Origin: Octopus vulgaris
Taxonomy: Eukaryota
Reading direction: 5' to 3'
Length of the DNA stretch: 64,000 nt
Assembly (NCBI GenBank): GCA_951406725.2
Contig: OX597819.1
Span: forward strand, 22,010,001-22,074,000
Made by a program: the position numbers and the translations under genes. Shown here piece after piece: positions 26,422-42,289 of this stretch; position 1 is the stretch's first letter, and each line of letters begins with the position of its first letter. Below the pieces are notes generated by a model. The model worked only from the letters and a program-made list of their open reading frames with translations. It was not told the DNA's origin and did no database searches.

Positions 26422-29400
26422 TTCTTTACTGCCGTTTCGAAGTGAAACTGATAGAATCAACAAGCTGATTGCATAAAGTCTTTTTTAGGAGGTATGGGTG
26501 TTACAATAAATAGATGTTGTAGCAGTGATCTAGTGTTCACCTGAACTAAGTTTGGTAGGTGAAGCGAACTATAGTCTCAAAAATACGTAAGGTCTTATTA
26601 AACGTTTGTGGATATTCATCAGTACTATAAGTTTACAATTTCACTCATTTCAAGGAGAATATTCTTAGTTTTAGAGGTATTCAATGAATTTGACTAGCAA
26701 ATCTACCCATCTGCGATTGAGGCATAAGATGAAGGAAGGATGTCATAACAGCAGTATGTATTGGAAAATGTGTAAATGGATTTTAATATCAATATGATTA
26801 CAAAACGTCTTTGTAGACGAGATTTTTGTGCGTGGTCGACACTAATCTAACAAATTACTGAAGTCCATTACTCTACGCATAGCAACATATGTAAACATCG
26901 GAGTCGGTAAAAATACACTTACACGATCTAAAGTCTAGACCTGTGCCCTGTTGCTGTGAATAAAAAAGCCAGTTTTATAGGAAACTGCACTTGTCTTGAT
27001 ATTCGGTGTCCTAGATTGGTTTTATTTTTATCTGCTTTGAAGCTCTCACTTGAGGCTTTTTGCGTATTACTTGGCGAGCTAAGTTCCTGCTCTATTCCGA
27101 ACTCTCACGAGGGTTTCTCCGTGTTATTTGGCGAGCTAGCATATCCCTGCTCTGTTCCGGCGCTCTCACTTCTGTATCACGGCAAATTCTATGAGTTTCC
27201 ATATCCTTATTCTGTTGAGCTTGTCTATATTCACTGTTAGATTGTCTCTTACTTTTTATAGCGGCAGCTTTCCTGGTAGTCTTACCAGTTCCTCATTTCT
27301 GCTTCCAGGTCATAATGGCGGGGAACGAAGGAAAATTTAATAAAGCATTAAACAGCTTTTTGCATTCAATCGTTATTAACAAAGTTCCTAGTAGTCATAC
27401 ACCGATTCAAGACGAGCCAAAGCCATCACAATCATTCATTAATAAAACTATCCTAAACTAGAACTTTCTTATTTGCCGTAATTCAATGCAGAAGTAGGTT
27501 GACTTTCTTTTGTTTCTTTTATTAGGAGTTATCTTCCCCTAATTTTCATTTACTTTTTTTTACCACCGCAAATTTTATTCCCTTTTTGTACGTCCGTAAA
27601 CTGGACAATTACCCTCAATAGCCATTAAATAATCATACCTTTCCAAAATATTTTCGCTAATAACCTGCCTGATTACCTCCTTGATAATCCTGAAAAGCAT
27701 CGTGACTATTTGTCCAGCCGTTTTCCCATAAAGAAGGTACAGAAAGACAGACGGTCATAACGCCCATTATATTATGATTTATTATTTAATTGTTTTATTT
27801 TTTGTTTTTACAATTGTTATTCTAATAATTTATAAATTTTTTTGCTATATTAAGTGTCATGCGTTTATTTGAATTTTTTTAAAAGTATGTTTCTGTGTAT
27901 GAAGACATCTTTAATCACGTGACAACACATTTTTATATGAAAAATTAACCGCTGAATATATGTTGTACATTAGCAAAATAAGGCCACTGGATTTATATAG
28001 CTATACGCTGTTGAACCGTAACGCATTTCGCGATATTTCACTAAACTTTCGATTTGTGGCAACAAAAATATTCCTTTTGTTAGAACTTTTACAAATCAAT
28101 ATTTTTGCATTTCTTTCATAAATACGAAGACAACATTCGTGATTTTCCTGACTATATGATTTGGTGCAGTTTAATAACTTCTAACTGATTTTCACAATTC
28201 TGATATTGCTATTTTTTAAACTAGATATATTCAGGGAAATTTGTTGAAGAACATCTTTCGAGATTTCTGAAAGCATGTTTATGATTATTAAATCTTTGCT
28301 TAAAAATAATTTTCAGTCCACCGCGATATCATCTTCCTAAACTTAATCTCATTAACTGTAAATTCTTTCGCATAACAAACAGAAGATTTCGAAAGGCATA
28401 AATTAATGGACATTTTTACGCAGTTAAAACAATAGCACAAACGGGAAGAAATAGATGTAGATAGCTGTCCAAGATATTTTAATATTAATATTTGCTATTT
28501 CTCTATCAAAATTTTGTGCACAACTGAAACCTAATTTAACATCATTCCTATAAAAATCTTATAATATCTACGGTTTTTCGGAAAATATCTAATACATAAA
28601 ATAAATGTTTAGCGATATTTGCATGCACATTAAGGCTAAATGAAGCATTAAACCAAATAATCTTACGTTCTTTATTTTTCTATGTCAAAGAATTAATGTT
28701 ATTATTATTTATGTAATTAATCTTATCCTTAAAACCACTGCGTTTTAACTCTTTAATGTAATAAAAGGGATGCTTTGTTGAAGAAAGACGTATTAGATGA
28801 AACATTGGATAACCGCATGCAGGCATTTTACACTAAATTATTTATAATGGCAGCCAGTCGGCTTGAAGTGGTACTTATGTACTCTAAATTTTCCTTTGGC
28901 TTCTTAAATGGGTAGTATTTATTGTTGACTTGTTAATTTTTTTTTTTTGCTGTTTTTTTTTTGTCATTTAAGTTAATATCTAAGAAATTGGTAATGCGTA
29001 ATTTTGTAACAAAAATAATTTTTAGGTGCAGATTTTTAAAGAAGTCAAAATATTTTTACTAAAACCATATAAAACTTGGACATTCACAGTATGTTATAAT
29101 GGGGTTGTCGTCTTAATTGATACTACGAATACAGTAACCATCTTTCTGTATTAAACGTGATGTATGAAGACCTACAAGCTCATAACGTCCCAAATCTAGG
29201 CATCGTTGTTCCTTAAATATAGAACGTTATGGGAAGAAAGAAAGCGTGAATAACTTTATATCAAAATTCCTAATTGAAATATAATTCTACGTTAAACTAA
29301 TCCATTTTTGCGTGATGGTTTAGATAAAGAATAGTTAAATACCAATATTATGAAACAAATCAGTAACAGAAATACTTATATATACTTATATTCAGTTGTT

Positions 29401-29539
29401 AGTTTTAAAACTTATTGAGTCTAAGATATGTTTTATTCTTAGTGACAGCATTCTCTCCGCCATGCATTCGTAATCTTTTTCACCGGGAAAGGGGTTTTCT
29501 AAATTTTGTGATATCTGTTCTGTCTTTTTCTTGTGTGGA

Positions 29540-30570
29540 AATGGGGTGGGTGGATTTGGTGTCTGTATGGGAAGGGTGGGTCTGAGTGGTATTGGGTGGG
29601 ATGGAGTCGGATTGGGGTACCACATCATACTCAGTGTCTTTTCTTTTTTTCCTCTCTCTCCTTCTGCTCTCTGTAACTTTCCATTATTCCTCCTTTTTCT
29701 CTTTTCCTCCGTCTGTCTTTTCTTCCTCTTTTCTCTTCTGTCTCTACAACTGTATCCTCAACCATTGTCCTCTGTAGAGGGCAGTATGCTCTAATGTGGC
29801 TCTTTTGGAACTCTGCCCTCTACCCACACCCTCAGCACGATTTCCTCCAACGTCACTGTCTCTGCCAAGTTTTCCAGGTGACCCTCTTCCGCCTGAATAT
29901 TTAGTTGAAGTGTCCTTCCTTTCCACCCTCCTCCTTCTGTTTCTGTGGCTTGGAGGACAGCCACCTTCTCCTCGCTTCCAACAAGGACAGCTGCCGCAAA
30001 CCAAGCCGGTGGAATTGCTTCTACCCTCACCTTGGAAGTCTTTCTCCCAAGGTATGCAGGCAGAAGCACTACTTCCTCTGTTTTCACTGCCACACTCGCC
30101 AGCCTCCTCACCTCCTCTACTGTCCTAAGTTCTCCTTCCTTTAGTTATGAATATTATTTTTTTCGACTTCTCCCTTAGCGCCTTTTCCGTTTCAGCTTCC
30201 ACCTGCTCGGCCTTTTTCCTTTTAACGAGAACATCTTATAGGTGTGCGTTTTTCTCTCCATCCGCTCCATAATTCCTTTGGGGGCGACATCCTCACGTCC
30301 CTTCCCACCTTCTGTACCATCTTTTCATACTCCTTCAGACCAGCCAAGTCCAACTCCCTTCGCTTCATCTCCGTGACCTCAGCAAAACTCCTTGTCTTCT
30401 TCAACACTCCGTCCATCTTTATGACCGCCTTTACCAGCTCCTTCTTTGTTAAAGACAACTCAGAACCGCTAAAGTCTGAGTATATTGTCTCTACCCTCAA
30501 AGCAGCAACGAAGCCCAACGCCCGACACAAACGACAAACCAAATGCACTCTGGGTGACGCATGCGCGTAA
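29540..30570 (-). mobile_element. Decayed ORF1 (gag-like) region of a Tx1/L1-type LINE
   Basis: Frameshifted ORFs 30222-30548 and 29791-30111 (RSFAEVT; LRVWVEGRVPK), followed by HIRAYCP, a remnant of a CCHC knuckle. Confidence 0.55.
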
Positions 30571-30714
30571 GCAAGCTACTTACCACACTGCCACTCCTGC
30601 GACTATTTTTATTCACTATACTTCATTCACTTTTTGCTTCATCTATTAATATATTAGTTGGGTTTTTAATGATTTGTTTGTGATTATTAAATGTAAAATA
30701 AATTCTTAGTAATA

Positions 30715-30876
30715 GGCGCAGGAATGGCTGTGTGGTAAGTAGCTTGCTAACCAACCACATGGTTCCGGGTTCAGTCCCACTGCGTGGCATCTTGGGCAAG
30801 TGTCTTCTGCTATAGCCCGAGCCGACCAATGCCTTGTGAGTGGATTTGGTAGACAGAAACTGAAAGAAGCCTATCG

Positions 30877-30911
<35 letters not shown>

Positions 30912-31115
30912 TTGTGTGTCTGTGTTTGTCCCCTAGTATTGCTTGACAACCGATGTTGGTGTGTTTACGTCCCCGTCACTTAGCGTTTCGGCAAAAGAGA
31001 CCGGTAGAATAAGTACTGGGCTTACAAAGAATAAGTCCCGGGCTCGATTTGCTCGACCAAAGGCGGTGCTCCAGCATGGCCGCAGTCAAATGACTGACAC
31101 AAGTAAAAGAGTAAA
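30715..31115 (+). mobile_element. tRNA-derived CORE-like SINE family C, full length
   Basis: Head tggctgtgtggtaag...gggttcagtccc, CORE-like cttgggcaagtgtctt and an internal (TA)/(TG) tract. Homologs at 56439-56856, 54870-55171 (-), 32180-32470 and 20075-20200. Confidence 0.88.
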
Positions 31116-31968
31116 GCTGAACATCCCAACTGCGCTCTCTGTTTCTAACTTAGAAGCTATTTATTAGCTTCTAAAAAAATGAAATTAAATAACATCATGA
31201 GATTTATTATTAATTTTGTTAAATAAAGCGACGACCTTGCAAAATTGTTACAACGTCAAATAAAATGACATGTGCAGTCTGTTGCTATTTGTTCTAAGGG
31301 CAAATCACGCCGAGATCAATTTTTCCAATTTGTATTTTTTCCTTCGAAGCTGTTATAATAATTCAAAGGTATAATACTGGAGTAGCTGAAATCAAGTAAC
31401 TCTCCTCAAAACTGTTAGCCTTAAACTTATATTAGCGACAATTAGTTAATTTCATACTAATTCTTTTGGGGTGGGGTGATGGGACAAAATCTCCTTAGAA
31501 TGCTGAACAGTTACTAAATTTTCTTTTAGACCTTATTAAACTGTCATATTCTAATTGCGATAAAATGATCCACTTTCAAAGGCTCAAATAGATTGTTTTC
31601 AGATTATCATTTTTCTGGGTGTTAAAATCGAATTTATTGTGCATGGGCCGAAGAAGAAGATTTCTTGGCATTCTCTTTAGAAGTGCCTCAGTCTTATGGG
31701 GTAACTCATTTATATTTTGTTTCTTTCGAATTTATATTCATTATCTCTGTGATATGAGATAAGAATGAAAGGTAAAGACAGTCGTAAACTGAAAATACAA
31801 TCTGTCAAAAAGTAATAAAGGAAGCGAGAAGAATAATCCTGCACGCACACACACACACACACGCACACACAGACACACACTGAGTATACTCAGAGATACT
31901 ACTCATCAAAAAATCAACGAACCACACAAGGCCTCTCACACATTCACCATCATAAGCGCATATATGCT

Positions 31969-32007
<39 letters not shown>

Positions 32008-32559
32008 ACTTCTATGATCGTACACATTCCGAAAAAGAATAACTGGAGTAATAAAAGTTTGGAGACACCCTGGTGTAATGGAAGCAGGTCTTTGATGTGG
32101 AGTCAAATGGCGACTGAAAATACTCTGAGTAAGCAGTTGATTGATTGATTGATTGATCGAACGATTAATGGAGCAATCGGTTGTAAGTGGATTTGGTTGG
32201 CGGAAACTGTGTGGAAGCCCGTCGTGTGGATGTATACATATATATGTGTGTTTGTATGTGCGTGCGCACGAATTTATATACATATATGTATATAAGAATT
32301 TGTTGGTTAGTTTACGTCCCCTTAACTTGGCGCTTTGATAAAAGCAACTCATTGAGTAATCACCAGAGTTTTAACAAAAATATTTACAGGGTTCGATCTG
32401 TTCAGTGAAACCCTTCGAAGCAGTATCCCGACATGGCCACGGTCCACTGACTGAAACCAGAATGAAATAGAGATTTACAAAAGTGTGTGTATTTGCATAC
32501 ATCCGTGACTTCATGTATGCAAATATACAATTATTGGTTTCAAACTTTGCTACTACAAG

Positions 32560-32964
32560 TCCAGCGAATTCAGGGGTTGGGGTAAGTCGATCACATCGAA
32601 GACAGTGCTCAACTGGTAATTATTTTATTGAAAGCGAAAGGGTAAAAAGCAAAGTCAGCGGAATTTCAACTCAGAACGTAAAGACGGACGAAATACTAAG
32701 AGCTTTTTTTTTTCTTCCGGCGTGCAAACGATTCTATTTCTTTACTACCCACAAGGGGCTAAACACAGAAGAGACAAACAAGGACAAACAAACAGATTAA
32801 GTCGATTACATCGACCCCAGCGTGTAACTGGTACTTATTTACGACCCCGAAAGGATGAAAGGCAAAGTCGACCTCGGCGGAATTTGAACTCAGAACGTAA
32901 CGGCAGACGAAATACGGCTACACATTTCGCCCGGCGTGCAAACGATTCTGCCGGCTCACTGCCC
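32560..32964 (-). mobile_element. Nested SINE A: long-tail copy inserted in the head of another SINE A
   Basis: Exact 19-bp duplication ccggcgtgcaaacgattct at 32717-32735 and 32931-32949. Confidence 0.85.
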
Positions 32965-34659
32965 TAACAATTGCCTATAATTATAAAATTTAATTTCCAT
33001 TAAAAAAAAAAACGAAAGGATCTTTAGAAGAGAAGAAAATAAAAGACTAAATAATAAAAAATATTTCTCTTTCGCTCTGTGTGTACGTGTGTGCAAGAGA
33101 GACGTAAGCAAAGTTAAACGTTTCAAACAGCGAATCTAGATTTCGTTTCTGTCTGCACCAGCAACACCATTTATACTAGTTTTAACTCCAACAACTTGGC
33201 ATTTTAAGAAATAATTTCTGGTGCCAAGGATAGCTGAGATTGGTAATTCTGACAATGAGTAGGCATCAAGTTATTTATGCTTCTCTTATTCGATTCAGCT
33301 CTGATTTTCGACTCTGTTGAAACCTGATAAGAAGCTGTTTATGCTCGTTGTATTCCGAACGTTAGATAAAGATAAATCGTATCATACACTAAACCACAAA
33401 TAATTGTACCTTTATAATTCTGGTCATTCCTATCAGCTTTTGCTTTTTTTTTTTTTTTCTCTTTTCATTTTTGTTTTTTGTTTTCTTTTTAGGTGGTTTC
33501 TTTGGTGCTTCTTATTCATTTATTTATTTATCTTTATTTTGTTTTTGTTCTTTTTTTTACCTTTCGCTTTTTCCCCCCTTATAAATTCTACGAGAGAACG
33601 AAAAACGTCGAGGAAAAATACAACTGATGGATTAATAGCCAGCCTCTTGGAATTTCGAAGTTTTGTTTCAAGTTGTAATTCCAGGAATGGGTTGCGTAGA
33701 AAGAAGTTTCTGAAAGAAAATAAGCTGAATCACATTTATATTGTTATCTTGAGCAAAATGGGAGGTAGGGTGGAGATGATGGTTTCTTTTCATTGTACAC
33801 CACAACAGACCGATTTCCGTTGCTATTACTGCTGTGTTAAACCCTAGGTTAATCCTGATCTAGCACAATAAGGTTCACAGAATTTCTAGAAGTAACCAAG
33901 CCGTCACTTTCCTAGATACAGTCCACCATGGACCACATTAAATAGCAAAAGACATTAGTGTTGATGGTAGTATTGTTAATCTCCTGTCAACCATGACCAG
34001 ATCAAAGATATACATCCGTGACCATCTCGCTTCTTTTTCTTTTATTCTGTATCCCGAACTGAATTCGCCAGTACGTCTTGCCTTCTCTAAGGTGGATGGT
34101 TCCGATTTGAGGTAAATTTGGCTGCTATTTCTAACAGCAGTGGTTTTGGCTCGAATAGCGGTGATATTCCATATTCTTGCTGCTATTTTGTTGTTGTTGT
34201 TGTTGCTGTTTTCAATATCGTCCTCTCATCATCATTGTTGTTGCCGTCACTCTATCTGTTGTCGCTATCGTTGTTGTCATTAATGTTATTTTGTTGTTAA
34301 GCTGCTGCTGCTACTGCTGCTGCTGCTGCTGCTGCTACTGTAGTTGTTGACGTTGTTGTCATCTTCTTCTTCTTCCAATCAGGACTCACGTCATTAGCCA
34401 CAAAGAATAATCTCTAATTCGAGCCTACTATAAGCTACTAAGAATGCGTGTGGCAACTTGAAGATCCAACCACCACACGCAATAGACTGGCGGTTGCACG
34501 GGCGCGAAAGCTACGTTGTCATCCTCATTCCGTAAACGGTGGCTTTTAATGGGTGGAGAGCTGAACCATCCTGGGGTACAGAGGATTCGCAATCTAGACT
34601 AGGGTTCGAAAGTTTACCTCACCATAGTGGGTTACACCATGGTTCCTCTGCTTTGTGGC

Positions 34660-34855
34660 AGAAGCAAGAAGAAAGAGTGAGAGAAAGTTGTGGTGAAAGA
34701 GTTCAGTGGGGTTCACCTTACCCCACCCGCAGGAGCGTCGTGGAGCTTAAGTGTTTTTGCTCAATAAACACTCACAATGCCCGGTCTGGGAATAGAAACC
34801 GCGTTCTTACGACCGCGAGTCCGCTGCCCTAACCACTGGGTCATTGAGCCTCCAC
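34660..34855 (-). mobile_element. SINE family B 5' half
   Basis: Reverse complement of the 7581/15455 head (cccagtggttagggcagcggactcgcggtcgtaag). Confidence 0.8.
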
Positions 34856-36879
34856 TGACGTTGTTGTTGTTCAGCTTTAGGGCAACAAAGAACGATCAGA
34901 CATACAAACGAGGACAATTTGGGACCATCCATTCTTTGATTCAAAAGGATTTCATTATTCAGTCAGCCCTTACCTTTTCTATGACGCCAGAGAGTGATCT
35001 GAGGGAGATATAACTACCATCTCTAGCAGCGAGTGGCTTCAAGATGACTCCTTCAATGGCTCATAATATTGCAGTTGGTGGTGGGGGTGGGGGTGGCATT
35101 GTTTCTCTTATTGTTTAACCACAGGAAACTCTGTTTTAAGTAAAGCTATGATCGCAGTGATTCATCTGTGTCCAGTAGAGCAGAATAAGGTACAATAGAA
35201 TCGTATGCAGTATTAATGTAGTAATGCAGTGTAGTGTAATGCAATGCATTGATGTAGCGTATTGTTTTTGTGGTAGTAAAATGTGGTAGGGGTTCGGTAT
35301 TGAGGGGTTTGGTTCTCTCGTGAAAAAAAAACTAGTCTCAAAAACTGCTAGCCTGGACAAAACTATTGTAATAATAATGAACAGTTCAACAGCTCCGACC
35401 ACCTTGAGTAAGAGTCGCTGAAACGTTTTTAGTGGTCATAGAAAAAGACAATTTTACTGGAACTGAAAGCAGTTGATGGGATAAAGGAAAAAAACATGCA
35501 ATAAAAACATCTTTTCTCTCGACACAGCCAGACAAAATGATAACAACTTCGATCAGTGGAAATATAAGAATGTTGACAGCTTTGTGCTGTTACAGACATT
35601 TGGCATTCAAAGCATATAGCGACATCTGCAACAACATCAAATGTGTATCACTGGTTTCAGCAGCAGATTTTGAGAAGGGACAGAAGTGAGCTTAAGGGAG
35701 CTAAAAGCGCTCCTGAATAATTGGCAGCATCGCTAATATCAAGTACAATGGGAAATGAGTTTTACATCTGGATGGTTCCGGTGCAAATTGAATGCATTTG
35801 GCATTAGTAGCTGGCCTAGCATATTCAGCGAGCCACTCAGAACCAGTCACGGTTTTTTTTATAATTCTCTGACGAGCTACGATAAACTTTGAATAGCATT
35901 TCTTGACATGAGTTGGTAAATACTTGACAACCTCCACACCCCCTCATACATCCCACACATAGATACATACATATATACATACATACACAGACATACATAC
36001 ACACACCGCACGTATGTATGTGTGTGTATGTGTCAGTGTGTGTGTGCGTGTATAAAACATCCATGCTTGGTTTTAGATTTTCTCATAGCCGTTGTTTCAT
36101 ACATTCTCAGTAATATAAAGCGTTCCTGTCCATAAGTCCCAAGTTACGCTGATAATTGAAATAAGTTGGGAAGGAATATCGCAAATGATAAATGGAAACA
36201 GGGAAACACGTCTTCTGTGTCGTATGTAACACACAAAACTGGTAAAAGATGGAGATTTAGTTGGAATTTCTAGCAAACAAGGGTAGCATGTAGAGGTTCT
36301 CACACTTCGAGTCATAGAAACGGATTGTTTAATCTAGCCATGGTTACGTTTCCAAATATGGACGTGTCAAAGAGTAAATAGGAAATCATGAGACAGTGAT
36401 AAGGGACATTTTGTATTGTTGAAAGTTGCGAAAATGTAAATGGATTAGCGCAATGTCTCCTGGCAAGACGTGAAGTGATAAGAAGAAACGGTGAAATATT
36501 TAGAAAGACTAACGTTGCAGATGTTTACTGATAAATTGCTAATCAATTTAATTTGATTGAGCACAACTAAATATTCTTGCCGAAAGCCATTAATACACAC
36601 CACTTGTAAACCAATATAATTAGCTGGTGAGTAGGCCTGACAGCCTCTACATGGTTTCTCTCACTACCAGAAGTAGCAATCAAATCTTCCTTATAATCTA
36701 ATTATTACACAATGCATCTACAATATTACTGTATTATATTTCTCTCATCAGCAACAACTATCCACATAGACCCATGGGTTGGAAGAATGATGCCTGGGTG
36801 GTGCATAGGTATCATCCACCAGGTGTCGAAGGGGATCAACAACAAATAGTGGATGCAGTGACGCGTTGTTACATCATAT

Positions 36880-36882
36880 TAT

Positions 36883-36938
<56 letters not shown>

Positions 36939-36967
36939 TTACTGCTACTACTGCTACTGCTGCTGCC

Positions 36968-37006
<39 letters not shown>
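36880..37006. repeat. (TAC)n-(TGC)n-(AAT)n compound microsatellite
   Basis: Direct inspection. Confidence 0.95.
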
Positions 37007-37008
<2 letters not shown>

Positions 37009-37139
37009 TTTCATTATTAACCACAAAGGGTATACATTAAGAAAAACATCATGGACAATACAGGACAGAATAAAGAATGTGTGTGCGTATGTGTGTAAGT
37101 GCGTGTTGTGAGGGTTTTGAAACAGAAAAAGAAAATCAA

Positions 37140-38310
37140 CACTATGTAATCCCTTATATGGAGGAGACGTTCGAGAGCTGCTCGTAGAAAAATCCCTTAA
37201 AAACCATGGCTACTTTTGGGGCAAGTGCCTCTTATCCTTTCCTTTTCTCCAACTACAGGCGTATGATCAGAGCAGACCCGTTCACTCGCACCATTCTAGT
37301 CACTTCCATCCACCTTTAAACAAATTGCCCAGAAGACATTTCCTACTCTTCCCTTAGTTTCCTTTTCAAGTGAAATTTGAAGAAGTTGATCAGGGATTTG
37401 TCAAAGAGAAAAGTGTTTGTCTTCACTCTCTCCAATCTCGTCCACCATTCAACCACTTTCGCCATGACCATCAGGCATATACAAACAACCTTTTCTTCCC
37501 GGCTAAAGGAAGGTGGCGGGACGATCTTCACGGTGGATTCAGTTTACAACTGGATCCGTCCTACACATGAATGCAGGTGTTCGATATAAACCCAGAGGTC
37601 AGCAATGCTTGGACCCTGGACGAGTACATGCTGGACCGTCTCGTCGTTCTGTGCGCATGTCGGACAGGCTCGGCCGATTGCACTTCCGTGCCTGTATAGT
37701 ATATCTCGAACAGGCAAATATTCCCGGTAGCACTGCCAGGCCAGAGATTTTTGGAAGTTATCCATTGGTCCCAGGCCGAAAATTCTTCAGAAAAGTGCGT
37801 GAAGCGGATCTTCTTCGACGCTTAATGTCTGCCCAAGAACATCGTCGCACTATCCTTCCACTAATCCTCTATAGAAAGCTAAAGTGGACATTCCACCAAT
37901 CGCAGTGTCCGACTGACTGAGGCGTGTGAGCGCTTGAAGACATTACACTTTCCAAATGGCTTCTGTCGGTCTCTATTTTACCCAGGACTGCAGTTCCATT
38001 AAAGAAATTAGCTGGGGAAATACGCGTCCAGGGAAAGGTGACCACACCTGTTCACTGTGAAGGAAGCACTGGAGATGTCGTAGCCAGGCCACTACACAGC
38101 GGGCACTGACAGCACATACACCGCTTGATCATCGGGATGCGTGCCTTCCACAAGAAGAGGAAAAGTATACGCTCCAAATTAATCAGATGGTGGCCGAAAC
38201 AAAGCACAACGGTCAAGCGGTAGCAGATGACGGACACAATGTACGTGTTAGCCACCCCTGCCGACCTTTCAAGGATAGCTTCCTCTCGGCCCATTTCTGG
38301 GTAAGAGTAA
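37140..38310 (-). mobile_element. 3' part of a Tx1/L1-type LINE ORF2 (zf-RVT region), decayed
   Basis: Translations QKWAERKLSLKGR, LERILFLFLWK and LAWQCYREYLPVRDILYRHG..RACPTCAQNDETVQHVLV..P, the L1/Tx1 C-terminal cysteine-rich motif. Confidence 0.8.
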
Positions 38311-39920
<1,610 letters not shown>

Positions 39921-40319
39921 CAACTAAATATTTTGAATAGAAAGTTGCACTGGGTCCTGCTACGCTATGATCTCCTGTTCCTGTCAAACTACTGTAACAC
40001 AAATGCGTATCCCATGGTCAATGTAGCATTGCACCCATGGTCCAGGTAACACGACCATCTGAAGTCTAATGCAATCCATTGATTTTTGAATCCTGTCCTT
40101 TTATCAGTAGATAATTTGCATATGTTCGTACCAGCATGTGCGTGTATGTGTGTATGTACATATATATATATGTGTGTGTGTGTGTACGTGTGTGTATGTA
40201 TATGTATGCATTTCTATGTATATGTATATGCATATATATAGATAGGGAGCGAGAGAGTGTGTGCTATATAGATATACGTATGCACAATACACACACACAT
40301 ACATATATACATTATATGC

Positions 40320-41080
40320 TATTTATTATTATTTAAATGAGCGCGACGCATCCATTTCCAATTTTATCTTCACCTCTTTGATGCGACTCTCTACTCTATA
40401 CTGTTTTCTTCCTCCATCCTTCTCTAATTCCCTCTTTCTCCCCTCCCTCCTTCACCGAAGCAGTTTGACGAGGAGACGATGCCCCACCCACCATATTCGC
40501 CGAAAAGTGGACTAAACCTGTTATAACTCACCAGACAGATAACAACACATTTCGTGGGTGAAGACCTTCTTTGGTCTGGAGTGCCGGTGTTACTCCTTTT
40601 CCTACGCATTGTCTTAGGTGCTTGACGTTTCCATAGAGAACTCTCTTCACGCCACCAGGCCACCATTCGGTCCAGAATGGTTCATTCGTGAGACGTGACA
40701 GGAAAGAGGAACACACATTCACACTCAGCGCGAGATTAGACTCGGAATGTTTGTGAGGAACACATTCACCCAATTTTCTGACTTTTCCGATGGCACGCAG
40801 TTGACGATGAATGGTTGAATGACGAAATCCAAGATGGATTCCCTCTCATCACGTCTCAGCGACGAGAGAGTCGAGGAGGAGGAATGAGAGAGAGGGAACG
40901 GTAACGGGGAGAGGAGAAGAATAGGGAAGGGTGGGAGAGAAGACCAGAAAGGATGAAGAGCAAGAGAGGGAGAGAGATAGACAGAGAAGAGATAGTAAAG
41001 AAGAAGAGTGCGCATCGTAATTATTAAGATAAAACTTACTTGGAAAAGGATGCGTGGCGTTCGATCATATAATATAAATT
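40320..41080. mobile_element. Non-coding element with inverted terminal tails and purine-rich arms, PLE-like
   Basis: cgcatc..a.....aagataaaa..tggaaa.ggatgcgt.gcg.tc occurs on + at 41010-41065 and inverted at 40335-40385. The same tail occurs at 21295-21335 and 22060-22115. Confidence 0.55.
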
Positions 41081-41081
41081 A

Positions 41082-41121
<40 letters not shown>

Positions 41122-41329
41122 ACTGCCCTCTACTACAAAACACAGACACACACCAATATCTATATTTTCGATCTTACGACTCTTTCCATAATGGAACGCA
41201 AAAATACCGCAACAAGTCATTTCAGCATGCCATGACAAACGCAAAGGGAATCCCGATTTCTACCTTACGGATAACACTCAGGGTGGTTCTGAAAACAAAA
41301 ATACAAATACAAATGTTCCATCTGTAATA

Positions 41330-42252
41330 CCCCACAATCCTAGAAGCCACAACACCATGCACTCAGCCGAACGATACCTCCCAATTCTACATCAATCGCC
41401 AAATCCTCAACAAATCATTAAAAATTCACAAATTATCAACAGTCGAAGACAACCACTCAACCTCAAGAGATTTCTAACAAAGGCGAGATTAACATTTGAA
41501 AAAGAAACCTTGCAAATAAATAACTGTGAAGACCCCCGTTGTGGGACATGTGAATTAATTGAGCAAGGGACAGCCAAAAGATTCAAGAATGGACTGGAAT
41601 TAAAAGTGAATGCAAACATGAATTATAAAACAAAAAAATGTCATCTACTGCATCGCTTGCCCACAATGCAAAGTAAACTACATTCGAGAGACAGGAAGGA
41701 AACAGACCAGTCGTGTAAATGTGCATAAACAACAATTTAGGGATTTATCTTTTAGCAATGTCCCATGCAGTGAACATCTAGACATCTCTGCAAATGAAAA
41801 ATTTAAAATACTCCCATTTTACAAAATAAACAATGAAAATGTTCAATTACGAAAGGCAAAGGAAGAATACTTTATAAGAATTCTAAATCCAAAATTAAAC
41901 CGAAAATAACCTACATTCCATATGATAAACAATGGTGAAAGAATATTTATGATTAACTATGAAAAACAAAGGAAGAATAATTCTTGAAATCCTCCAAGTG
42001 CGAAAAAAAAACTGGAAATACTAAATACTACCACTTCAACAAAAATAACAATGTCCTCTTTCTTACATTAACCAAAAGCACGTGTGTCTGAAAAGATTAA
42101 TCGAAAGCGCTCGCACAGACTAGGAAAAAAACTTCTTCCAAAAAGGTTAGTAACATCCTGATAAAAGATGTAATAACTTTGAAAAAAAAATTGTTTTTGT
42201 TAGAATCCCCTTTTTCAACTCAAAAACAGTATTTAGTAATTTTCAGAAAGAC

Positions 42253-42255
<3 letters not shown>
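41330..42255 (+). mobile_element. Penelope-like element 3' fragment: Cys-rich linker, GIY-YIG endonuclease and 3' UTR
   Basis: Translations RQPLNLKRFLTKA, CEDPRCGTC, (frameshift) VIYCIACPQCKVNYIRETG...RVNVHKQQ and RKAKEEYFIRILNPKLN*. Ends at (TA)n. Confidence 0.85.
42083..42117 (+). ncRNA. Decayed minimal hammerhead in PLE 3' UTR
   Basis: UGUGU-CUGAAAA-GAUUAAUC-GAAA-GCGC-UC|GCACA. G8 is mutated and loop II is lost; stem III AGCGCU is palindromic. Confidence 0.55.

Positions 42256-42289
<34 letters not shown>

Noticed and set aside
35860-35900. CTGACGA-GCTA...TAGC half hammerhead
   Set aside because: GAAA, stem III and the cleavage strand are absent; at best a truncated relic.
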